IMG/VR virus record: IMGVR_UViG_3300025168_000044
Location: 26,957-90,956 of that record
Strand: one strand, 5' to 3'
DNA length: 64,000 bases
Source: a virus
Shown: positions 47,678 to 56,504 of the stretch, piece after piece
Position numbering within the stretch: position 1 is the stretch's first letter
Layout of the letters: every line of letters begins with the position of its first letter
Position numbers and translations under genes: made by a program
Notes under the pieces: generated by a model
Told to the model about the DNA's origin: nothing
Seen by the model: only the letters and a program-made list of their open reading frames with translations
Databases searched by the model: none

Positions 47678-48331
47678 ATGCCTACACAAAAAAATAAAGT
47701 AGAATTATTAGAATATGCTGGATCTGATATATCTCATGCCAGAGCAGCATGGGCTTCTACTAATCAAGAAGTTACTCCAGATAAAATAAAAAGAATAGCT
47801 AAACTACTAAAGTTTCTAGCTGATAATGAACATGGAACTCCCTTTGAACATTCTATGTTATCTTTCCATATACAAGGAGATATAGCTTCTCACATCCATT
47901 GCTTGAAACATAGAACTGGAGTTTCTATAAATACTGAATCTGCTAGGTACAAAGAAATGAAAGATGATCTTTTTTACCTACCGGAAGAATTTTCCTACCA
48001 AAATAATGATGATTTACCTGACTCACCTAGCTTGACAGGCTTAGTAGAAGATCTACACACTCTGTATCACCAGATGCTTACTTTTCTAGTAGAGGATAAA
48101 AAAATAAATAGAAGTAGAGCCAAAGAAGTAGCTAGGTACATTTTGCCTTACTCCCATCAACTCAGGTGGGTAATGACCTTCAATTTCAGATCCTTTATGC
48201 ATTTCCAGAAACTAAGAAATTCAGAACATGCTCAGGTAGAAATAAAAGAAATAGCTGAGAATATGCTGGATCTAGTTAAATATCAGACTGATAGCAAATT
48301 TACTCACTCTCTAAAAGCATTTAATTTATAA
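47678..48331 (+). CDS. thyX: flavin-dependent thymidylate synthase
   Basis: HGTPFEH, KHRTGVSINTESARY, EVARYILP, NFRS..HF..LR..HAQVEI. Confidence 0.9.
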   Translation: MPTQKNKVELLEYAGSDISHARAAWASTNQEVTPDKIKRIAKLLKFLADNEHGTPFEHSMLSFHIQGDIASHIHCLKHRTGVSINTESARYKEMKDDLFYLPEEFSYQNNDDLPDSPSLTGLVEDLHTLYHQMLTFLVEDKKINRSRAKEVARYILPYSHQLRWVMTFNFRSFMHFQKLRNSEHAQVEIKEIAENMLDLVKYQTDSKFTHSLKAFNL

Positions 48332-48420
48332 TAATTTATAGTAATAAATAATATAACTTATTATCATCCTATTCACTATATAGTTTTCTAGTATAGAAAT
48401 ACTAAAATTATGTACTGGTT

Positions 48421-48450
48421 GTATACGGTAACGTATACCCCCCACCTGTC
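48421..48450. other. hairpin plus C-run, candidate genome terminus / packaging signal
   Basis: GTATACG-GTAA-CGTATAC followed by a C-run at the boundary between the thyX/late block and the early block. Confidence 0.4.
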
Positions 48451-49005
48451 ACATCCCACTGGAAATCATTGACGATTTTTTTCTCACAAGATTTTTCTCA
48501 TAAAACAAGAAAAATATATCGCATAATAAATTTATTCTTTCGTAAGAAACTTAATTTTTCATGATAAAAACCATGAGAAAAATAATTGGCTATAAGTTTG
48601 ATAATATATGATATGGAACTCATAACCACATACTAAATATCTTTTAAATGTGCATAAAAAAAGATTTGTTCTTCCTTATTTAGACTTTAGTTTTAAATTG
48701 CCTAGCGCTTAGATGAAAAATTTGCCTAGCAGGGAGATTGCTTGCGTGAACAAATAGTCTAATCCTTACCTAGACAAAAACTAATCCACTACCGATCTTC
48801 TACCTTATAACTATAAGTTATAACATTATATCTTCAGACTATAACTAGCAAAGGATTGACTGGGAAAACTAGATAGATTAAAAAATAGAGTTTTTGTTCT
48901 GATCTCAATAAAAAAAGAATATTTATTTGATTAGTATTAAATAGTCAATGAAAGGAGCAAGACAAGGCGGGAATAGATAGGCAAGTAGTAAACTATCAGC
49001 AGGAC

Positions 49006-49052
49006 AAAAAAAAGCCTAGTATGATAGACTTGAACATCCAAAATACTAGGCT
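49006..49052 (-). terminator. probable intrinsic terminator
   Basis: AGCCTAGTAT/ATACTAGGCT stem followed by a T-run on the minus strand, downstream of 49075..49314. Confidence 0.6.
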
Positions 49053-49074
49053 AGATAATTAATTAGTTATTTAC

Positions 49075-49314
49075 TTATTTTAGTCCATACTTTGTTGAAT
49101 GTGAAAGTTTGCCTCCTTCATTTTCGAAAATCTGTTTTTCGACATAATCATCAAATAACTCATAAACTTTCTGCCTGTTACCTTTAAAGCCAAACTTTTT
49201 CTTGATGCAAGCATAAGCGGATTGACTAAATTTTAATCCTTTAATTTCTGATTTTAGTTGTTGGCGCAATACTACTAATGAATAGATTTTGATATCGTTG
49301 CCCTCCAGAATCAT
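49075..49314 (-). CDS. small early hypothetical protein
   Basis: 79 aa; ATGA coupling with the upstream gene; AGGAGG RBS. Confidence 0.7.
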   Translation of the reverse strand: MILEGNDIKIYSLVVLRQQLKSEIKGLKFSQSAYACIKKKFGFKGNRQKVYELFDDYVEKQIFENEGGKLSHSTKYGLK

Positions 49315-49682
49315 ATTGCCTCCTTTGATAGTACTTTTTGATTAGCCAAACTCTTTGGCTTGACCAATCTTAAATCTTCTAGATGTTGAATAGGATCAAA
49401 AGATTTGCTATTGATTGTCTTTACAATCTTACTCTCCAAAAAAGCAGTGTAATCAGTAGACTTTTCAACTTCCTTTTCTAAAGAAGTTTTAACTAAATCT
49501 AGTTTTAACTTACTATCACAATCATTTATCCTAGAAGGATAAAGATTGAGCAAATCTTTTACAGTCATATTCAATAGCTCATCTTTGTCTGGACTATCAC
49601 AGATAGATGAAACTTCCTTATACATATTTTCTGAGCTATTTCTGATGACAAATAAGTTAAGTAATTCGTTAGTAATGATCAT
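49311..49682 (-). CDS. early hypothetical protein
   Basis: 123-aa ORF coupled to the downstream gene. Confidence 0.6.
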   Translation of the reverse strand: MIITNELLNLFVIRNSSENMYKEVSSICDSPDKDELLNMTVKDLLNLYPSRINDCDSKLKLDLVKTSLEKEVEKSTDYTAFLESKIVKTINSKSFDPIQHLEDLRLVKPKSLANQKVLSKEAI

Positions 49683-49721
49683 TTTGATTTTCTTGTTTAA
49701 GGATTGAGAATAAAAACAAAC

Positions 49722-49761
49722 AAAAAAATCTGGTAGACAATAAAAATTACTATCTACCAGA
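49722..49761 (-). terminator. probable intrinsic terminator
   Basis: TCTGGTAGA/TCTACCAGA stem followed by a T-run on the minus strand. Confidence 0.55.
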
Positions 49762-49771
49762 CAAAAAAAGT

Positions 49772-50794
49772 TTAAGCTATGTACGTTACTTCGGCTAGTT
49801 CATTCCTCACGTCGACAGGTAATAAAGATAACCAAATAGTAGAGTTTTGGATTTGACTTACTTTAACCTGCTTGTCATAAGTTGAAGCAGATTGATGGTC
49901 TTTATCCGTCTCTTTTAAAGCAACAAGTTTTTCATGACTAGCCCAGAAAGTTAATGCCGAATTTAAATCGTACAAAGTAATATTGCCATTACCAGTACGA
50001 GTCAAAGATTCTGCCCTGGCTTGCTCTTTTATCAGTTCCCCAGTTCTCGACAAACCTGATTTGCTCTTTCTAGACTCTTTTTTTGCAGTATCGGCAAACC
50101 CTGCATTTTTTAAAATCTCGCTGATTAGTTGATCGTCGACTATTACATCAACTTCAGATCTGATTTTTTTCATAGCTATAGCAAACTCGTATCTAGAGTT
50201 TAGTAGGAACAAGTCAATTGAATGACCTAACAAGCTAAGATTTGTATTTTCGTAGTGTTTACCTCCCACCACTGCTTTCGGGCTTTGGATCATCATTCCG
50301 TTAGTGCAGACTAGATCCAGAATCTTACTAACTATAGTTGTTTTTATAGTGCCAAAACCTGTTGATAGTTGAAGAACAAATCTAGATTGTGTAGTAAGGT
50401 TAGCTAACACTAAATCTTCAGCCATTCTAGGAAAGTGAATCTCCCAAGATAAGTTCGTTGAATCAAAGGCAGAATATTCCTTAACTTGAATATCCTGTAA
50501 TTCTTCGGAAGTGAAGTGCATAGGAAGATAGTCTTGGAAAGTCTTTAAAAGATCCTCCGCTTGTAGACAATGAAACTTCGGGCCTACTGTCTGCCATATC
50601 CTATTTTGATCTAGATTATTCCCTTTCTGGTCAAATCGATTTAACGTAAACCGATCCTTCTCTACACGTCCGTCGTAATGAATGATAGGAGTAATTTCTT
50701 TCTCGACATTAAAGACCGTCTTCTCTGAGCACTGGCCCAAAATATCAATCATCTCCTTTTTCTTACCTACGAATTGTCCTTTTTCGTTTCTCAT
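49772..50794 (-). CDS. DUF932/DUF945-like early protein
   Basis: VGPKFH.LQ, LVCTNGMM, TLYDLNSALTFWASH. Confidence 0.7.
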   Translation of the reverse strand: MRNEKGQFVGKKKEMIDILGQCSEKTVFNVEKEITPIIHYDGRVEKDRFTLNRFDQKGNNLDQNRIWQTVGPKFHCLQAEDLLKTFQDYLPMHFTSEELQDIQVKEYSAFDSTNLSWEIHFPRMAEDLVLANLTTQSRFVLQLSTGFGTIKTTIVSKILDLVCTNGMMIQSPKAVVGGKHYENTNLSLLGHSIDLFLLNSRYEFAIAMKKIRSEVDVIVDDQLISEILKNAGFADTAKKESRKSKSGLSRTGELIKEQARAESLTRTGNGNITLYDLNSALTFWASHEKLVALKETDKDHQSASTYDKQVKVSQIQNSTIWLSLLPVDVRNELAEVTYIA

Positions 50795-50990
50795 CGTTAT
50801 TTTCCTTTATAGGATTGTAAAAAATGGGCATACCTTGCCCGTTGTGCTTACATGCACAAAATCAATACTACTTTATCTAGTAAATAAATCAATAGAAAAA
50901 TATATTGATCTAATTTACTTAATAAAATCAAGCACAAACAGCCAAAAAGTTATAAACCCGATTATAGCATAAAAGTGAAGCATAATATTT

Positions 50991-51803
50991 TTATACTCCC
51001 TGGCTAGCTAAATTATTGATATTTTTTAGGTAATTCTTTTTTGTTCTTTCAATGATTGGAATTGCTATCGACTTAGCCTTACTTCCCTTACTTCCACGGC
51101 ACAAACCGCAAGATTTGCACGTTATATCTTTGCGATAACTTTCTGGGCAAACTATTTCATTATCCCAGTCTATTTGATTTAGATCAGTTATCGTTCTATA
51201 AGTTCTCAAATCATTACTCCAAGCTATTTTGGCTTGTTCTAAATTATCGCAACTTATCATACAAAAATCAGCTAAATATCTATTTTTATTTATTATTTCA
51301 TTATTATCATCTAGGATCTGGTGGGAATAGCCAGTATGATTCTTAATATTATAATTTTCAATTAAATCCAGCCAAACTTCTTTCGGAACTGCGCCTGGGT
51401 CACCATAACTACCGATACGCAAACTCTCCCCAAACAACATAATTTGAAGATCTTCTTCTGTTAGATAAGAGTATTTTCCTCGTTTATATGCTCGATAAAT
51501 AGTATTTAAAAATAAAAGATTAACGTAGCAAGAACGTTCTTCAGCAGTTCCTTTCTTACTGTTTAAATCTACAAAACCTCTGTGCATGCAACTTTTACAA
51601 ACTGAATAATCCTCACCAATCTTGCTTGCTACAGTTGGAGCAACATCCTGTAAAATGATATTAGTTTGGAGCATATCTCCAGTCTTACTATTACTAGATC
51701 TGTTTATTTTACCAGATAAAATAACTACAATCGGTTTACCATCTACCAGACTTTTTCCCTCGTATATAATACCGGCATTTTTTACTTGTGAACTAGATTT
51801 CAT
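50991..51803 (-). CDS. Cys-rich gp88/radical-SAM-like early protein
   Basis: SNSKTG, CKSC, CYV, LRIGSYGDP, GYSHQ, CP..CKSCGLC; start moved to MKSSSQ after AAGGAAG. Confidence 0.65.
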   Translation of the reverse strand: MKSSSQVKNAGIIYEGKSLVDGKPIVVILSGKINRSSNSKTGDMLQTNIILQDVAPTVASKIGEDYSVCKSCMHRGFVDLNSKKGTAEERSCYVNLLFLNTIYRAYKRGKYSYLTEEDLQIMLFGESLRIGSYGDPGAVPKEVWLDLIENYNIKNHTGYSHQILDDNNEIINKNRYLADFCMISCDNLEQAKIAWSNDLRTYRTITDLNQIDWDNEIVCPESYRKDITCKSCGLCRGSKGSKAKSIAIPIIERTKKNYLKNINNLASQGV

Positions 51804-52012
51804 TTTGATCTTCCTTAAATAATTAAAAAATAAGAACAACAAAACCAACCAAGAAAAAACACTTAGTCAATTTTTATTCCTTAATTTTCTAGTTTAAATA
51901 AGGAGAATAAAAAATTTAGTTTATCCAAGGAAAATAAAACGAAAGAAAATCTACTCACAAAATGATAGTTTTCTCATATAAATTTACTCACTTTAAAATA
52001 AATTTATTTTTC

Positions 52013-52093
52013 TATGAGAAAGTAATTTTCTTCTTTTATGAGAAAGTAATTTTCTTCTTTTATGAGAAAGTAATTTTCTTCTTTTATGAGAAA
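52013..52093. repeat. 24-bp tandem repeat, ~3.4 copies (TATGAGAAAGTAATTTTCTTCTTT)
   Basis: copies at 52013, 52037, 52061, 52085 (partial); no spacers. Confidence 0.92.
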
Positions 52094-52454
52094 AATCTTC
52101 TGAATTTTTTGGAGGAATTTCTAGAGGAGCAGAGAGAGAGTAAGTATAGTAAGAACTAACTTAACTAGAGAAGGGTATTAATGAATCTGACGCGCAAGTA
52201 AAAAATTAAAAACTTTACTGACTAACTGATTGAAGAAAACCTCAGTATCTAAAGAGGATAAAAGATACTGAGGCAGGAAAATTATGAACTGACAAACCTT
52301 GGATGAACTTTAATCTTCTTAGCGACTAGGAAGGATAAGTCTCTGATATGAAGAAGATATTATTGTTTGCATTTGTCAGTCAAATCAAAATGAAATGACA
52401 ATATGAACTCAGTCAGACACAACTGCAAGCATTATTTTTAATTTATTTTTGTAC

Positions 52455-52482
52455 TTGACATGGTCTTTTCTATCTATATAGT
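52455..52482 (+). promoter_or_regulatory. sigma70-type promoter for the replication operon
   Basis: TTGACA-16 bp-TATAGT with an AT-rich upstream tract. Confidence 0.6.
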
Positions 52483-52531
52483 ACTGTATATTTTTCATCT
52501 GACGTGCAAGTAAAAATAAATATAAATAAAA

Positions 52532-53344
52532 ATGGATCACAAAAATATTATATATAGACCCTATGTTGGAGATGTACCTATAGGGGAAGCTCATCAATCA
52601 CTTATGAGAAAACAAAGGGCTAATGAAGAAAAAGATCAAATTGATTTTCAAATTTCAAATATAGATTTAACTAACACAGATATATCTCAAATTGATAGAG
52701 CCACTGCTAAATCAATTATTGAACGCTATGAATATCTTCAATGTATGCCAGCAATATCGTTATTTCATTTTGGAATAACATTTAAAACATCTGCTGGGCC
52801 TAAACTGGGAGGTGTTCTAGTTTATAGTTATGATTATGCAAAAAATTTAGGTCATTGGGATAAGTATGGATACACAGATAACATGCTTCTGTTGGCTAGA
52901 GGGGTTTGTATCTGGTGGACACCAAAGAACACAGCTTCATTCTTTATTTCTCGTGTGAATAAATGGATACAGAAAAATACAGAGTACCGAGTTGTTACAG
53001 CAACTGTAGATACTATGGCAGGAGAGATAGGAACCATTTATCAATCATTGAACTGGGATTACATAGGTTCAATGAGAAGGGCAAACCCTAACGTAAAAAA
53101 TGGTAAAAAGCGTTTTGCAGTTCTTATTGATGGTAAATTGTATGGTTCAAGGTCTATTAGGGCAATTGTGGGAAATCAGCGTAAAGATGATATTTTAGCC
53201 AAGTTCCCTACTGCTCAGTTTGTGGGGCAAACAGAAAAAGAAAGATACTTTACATTCCTTGGAAAAAAGATAGAGCGTAAAAATTTGCGTAAAAGCATCG
53301 AACATTTAATTATTCCTTATCCAAAAAGAAATGAACTACTCTGA
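52532..53344 (+). CDS. Mom-like GNAT-fold DNA modification protein
   Basis: AKSIIERYEYL, LARG...PKNTASFFIS, GTIYQSLNWDYIG, KERY. Confidence 0.72.
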   Translation: MDHKNIIYRPYVGDVPIGEAHQSLMRKQRANEEKDQIDFQISNIDLTNTDISQIDRATAKSIIERYEYLQCMPAISLFHFGITFKTSAGPKLGGVLVYSYDYAKNLGHWDKYGYTDNMLLLARGVCIWWTPKNTASFFISRVNKWIQKNTEYRVVTATVDTMAGEIGTIYQSLNWDYIGSMRRANPNVKNGKKRFAVLIDGKLYGSRSIRAIVGNQRKDDILAKFPTAQFVGQTEKERYFTFLGKKIERKNLRKSIEHLIIPYPKRNELL

Positions 53345-54209
53345 AATAGATAAAATAATCAAAAATTTCAGACTCACTCAAATGGACTATGGAAGATTTG
53401 ATTGTCCAATCTGTAAAGGAAGACGTACACTTACAGTAAGTGTATCTGAGGCAGACGATTCAGTAGTGTATAATTGCTTTAAGGCAATTTGTCAGGTGAG
53501 AGGAAAGATAAGTCTAGATAATAAGAGACACAATCTGACTAGAGTTGCTAGTTTCTTAAACAAAGAAGAATTTAACTCAAATACAGTAAAAATTAAAAAT
53601 GAAGTTCCTTTAGTGTTAGGGCATATAGGAAATCATCAAGAAAAGATAAAATTTTTAGAGAAGTATAATTTAGATTATAAAATATTAAACAATCTACGAT
53701 TACAAATCAGTTATGATCCAAGAAAACATAGAATATTATTTCAGAATAAATATTTATACAATAATTTTGCGATGGGTAGAACTTTATTTGACAGAATAAA
53801 ACCTAAATGGTTAGTCTATGGAGAAAAACCTTCTTTATTTATAGTTGATAGTAGGGTTAAACCTAAAGAATCTTACAAAAGTGTAGTGCTAGTGGAGGAT
53901 GTATTGTCAGCTATTAAATTAACTTACCTGACTGATTCACTGGGAGTTTCTTTGCTAGGCACTAGCCTATCAGACAATGCAATTTTGAGCTTACAACAAT
54001 TGATAAAAGAGAGATTCTGGATAAATTCTATTTTTGTCTGTTTAGATTCTGACGCACAAGTGAAAAATTTGGGATTAGAAGCAAAGATAAAAGTCTATTT
54101 TCCTAATAAGAAAGTAGATTCGATTCATCTTAACAACCTTACTCTACATGGAGGAAAAGATATAAAAGATTTAGATGATAATACAATTAAAAATTTACTG
54201 GCTATATAA
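53331..54209 (+). CDS. DNA primase (Zn finger + TOPRIM)
   Basis: CPIC..YNCFKAIC, VLVEDVLSA, LLGT, CLDSDA, DIKD. Confidence 0.85.
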   Translation: MNYSEIDKIIKNFRLTQMDYGRFDCPICKGRRTLTVSVSEADDSVVYNCFKAICQVRGKISLDNKRHNLTRVASFLNKEEFNSNTVKIKNEVPLVLGHIGNHQEKIKFLEKYNLDYKILNNLRLQISYDPRKHRILFQNKYLYNNFAMGRTLFDRIKPKWLVYGEKPSLFIVDSRVKPKESYKSVVLVEDVLSAIKLTYLTDSLGVSLLGTSLSDNAILSLQQLIKERFWINSIFVCLDSDAQVKNLGLEAKIKVYFPNKKVDSIHLNNLTLHGGKDIKDLDDNTIKNLLAI

Positions 54210-54229
54210 TAAAGAGAGGTAAGACAAAA

Positions 54230-54544
54230 ATGAAATGTAGAGCGATATTGAACATAGACTTTTTTATGCCAGGACGTTGGGATAATAATCAGAGTGAAGA
54301 GTTGAAAGATTTTAGGAGATATTTAGAAGATCAACTAGATGATATTGTCAACAAACAAATATCTGATCCTTCATCTCCTTTTAAATTTTTGTACGAAATA
54401 GAAGAGGAAAGAAACGTAGTAGTTAGAGAAAGGCGAGGTAGGGGAACAGATTTAAAGGAATGGACTTTAGTCAAGCATCCTGTACGAAGTAAAATTGTAA
54501 GAAAAGAAAAGAAAAAAATATATAAACAAAGATGTAAATACTAA
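54230..54544 (+). CDS. hypothetical protein
   Basis: 104 aa with GAGGT RBS between primase and helicase. Confidence 0.65.
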   Translation: MKCRAILNIDFFMPGRWDNNQSEELKDFRRYLEDQLDDIVNKQISDPSSPFKFLYEIEEERNVVVRERRGRGTDLKEWTLVKHPVRSKIVRKEKKKIYKQRCKY

Positions 54545-54567
54545 CGTTTAAGGATGAATGAGGGAAA

Positions 54568-55836
54568 ATGTCTGAGATTCAAAACGTAGAAATTAATCTA
54601 CTGTCTAGATTATTAAACAAGCAAAACTACTTAGCTGTCAAAAATTACTTATCTAAAGAATTGTTTAGTGAAGACTTACACGATCTTTATGGTTTGATTA
54701 TCGAAGGGTACGAAACTCACCCAACTCTAGAAGGATTAGACATTCAAGGGTTGACTGCACTAAACAAGATAAAAGATCCTTATCAGAGTTTAAGCAAGTT
54801 AAGACTTTTTGAAAATATCCTTTTTGAATTAAATGATACCAATATAAATACTGAAAGTAATTCTTTAGCCAATACGGAACTTCTCGTTTCGTATGTAAGA
54901 AGTTTAAACCATCAGTTATTGGGGCAACAGATAGCTTCACTAGGCATGAGCTTTGCGAAAGGAAGTACAGATTCAATAGATGAAGTTACTGAGTTATTAA
55001 ATAAGTACAATAATCTAGAAGATTTTCTGGATGAGTTTGGGGAAGAGACTACTCAAGACATTGATAAACTATTAGAAGAGAGTAGTAACACTAATAGATT
55101 ACAATTCAACTTAGAGTCTTTAGCTAGAAATGTATATGGGATAGGTAGAGGGGAATTTGGTGCTATTTTTGCTCTGCCAGAGACTGGTAAATCAGCTTTT
55201 GCCCTACATCTATGCTTTGGGGAAAATGGGTTTGCTGAACAAGGTAATAGAGTTTTGTATTTAGGTAATGAAGAGAGAACGAGCAGAATGATGCTTAGAG
55301 CAATTTCTTGTTATACAGGAATGACGAGGGATGAGTTGGAGTTGAATGTAGAAGAAGCTAGGGAAAAGTTTAGTCAAATATCTGCGAATGTAATAATGAA
55401 GGATATACAGGATTGGACTTTACCTAAAATAGAGAAATACATAAATAAAATTGAACCTGCTGTAGTAGTGTTAGACCAAGGGGATAAAGTTACCATGCAT
55501 GGGCAGTATTCAGCTTCACATGAAAGACTAAGAGAATTATTTAAATCACTAAGAGAGTTAGCTAAAAGAACTAATGTGGCGTTACTAACTGTATCTCAAG
55601 CATCTGCTGACGCTAGAGGTAGAACTAGACTTACAGCTATGGATATGGAAGGAAGCAAAATCGGTAAATCAGCAGAAACGGATCTTATAATAGGCATAGC
55701 TAAAGCTAATAATGACAATGAAGATAATGAGGAGGATACAACGAGATTCATAACTGTCAGTAAAAATAAGATATCAGGTTGGCATGGAACTATCGTTGTC
55801 AACATCAATTCAGAATTGAGTCAATATGGAGTTTGA
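54568..55836 (+). CDS. replicative DnaB-like (SF4) helicase
   Basis: ALPETGKS, LGNEE, VVLDQGDK, VSQAS, SKNK. Confidence 0.9.
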   Translation: MSEIQNVEINLLSRLLNKQNYLAVKNYLSKELFSEDLHDLYGLIIEGYETHPTLEGLDIQGLTALNKIKDPYQSLSKLRLFENILFELNDTNINTESNSLANTELLVSYVRSLNHQLLGQQIASLGMSFAKGSTDSIDEVTELLNKYNNLEDFLDEFGEETTQDIDKLLEESSNTNRLQFNLESLARNVYGIGRGEFGAIFALPETGKSAFALHLCFGENGFAEQGNRVLYLGNEERTSRMMLRAISCYTGMTRDELELNVEEAREKFSQISANVIMKDIQDWTLPKIEKYINKIEPAVVVLDQGDKVTMHGQYSASHERLRELFKSLRELAKRTNVALLTVSQASADARGRTRLTAMDMEGSKIGKSAETDLIIGIAKANNDNEDNEEDTTRFITVSKNKISGWHGTIVVNINSELSQYGV

Positions 55837-55839
55837 TTT

Positions 55840-56469
55840 ATGCCAGAAAAACTTAGCAGATTTGCATATGATCCTAAATTTTCTTTAAATGATGAGACTA
55901 AAATTACAGTTAATTTTACTAAAGAAGATTTACACAAAATTGAACAATATTCTAATAACGTGGTTGAGTTCCACGATAAGCTACAAACAGGTTGGAAAAA
56001 TAAACCTTCATTAAAAGAATCTCTAGAAGTTGGATATAGAGGCGAAATAGCTTTTTCTAAAATATTTAATTTGCCAATGAACGATCAGCTTACATTTGGA
56101 GATAATGGAGTTGATTTTTGGTTTTATGGATTGTCCGTTGACGTAAAGACAATTTCTAAGTCAGATCATAAGTTAATGTTTTCATCTCTTGAAGCCATTA
56201 AAGCAGACATAATAGTTTTGTTTTTTAGCTACTCAATAGAATCTGCGAGTATGTTGGGCTTTACTACTAAGGATGATCTACTTAACGATCTTCTACCTAA
56301 AGATTATTTTGTAGAACTAGACATGGGGTTTGGGCCTAGATACTGCTTAGACAAGAAGTTCTTAAAATCTGTAAAAGAGTTACTGTATCATGATCTAGTT
56401 CTAAGGAACTCAGGCGCTATTTCAATCAGTCAAAAAAATGGAGATAAGTTTATATATGAACCTATTTAA
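55840..56469 (+). CDS. PD-(D/E)xK-like protein
   Basis: GEIAF...GDNGVDF...VDVKT. Confidence 0.55.
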   Translation: MPEKLSRFAYDPKFSLNDETKITVNFTKEDLHKIEQYSNNVVEFHDKLQTGWKNKPSLKESLEVGYRGEIAFSKIFNLPMNDQLTFGDNGVDFWFYGLSVDVKTISKSDHKLMFSSLEAIKADIIVLFFSYSIESASMLGFTTKDDLLNDLLPKDYFVELDMGFGPRYCLDKKFLKSVKELLYHDLVLRNSGAISISQKNGDKFIYEPI

Positions 56470-56504
56470 ATTAACTTATTAAAATACTTATAGAACAAAT
56501 CAAA

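Noticed and set aside
52013-52093. CRISPR or mini-array
   Set aside because: Head-to-tail identical repeats with no spacers; the Cas4-like gene is a standard phage exonuclease
51962-52159. 65-aa ORF (FFYEKVI repeats)
   Set aside because: Simply the translation of the 24-bp repeat, with no RBS
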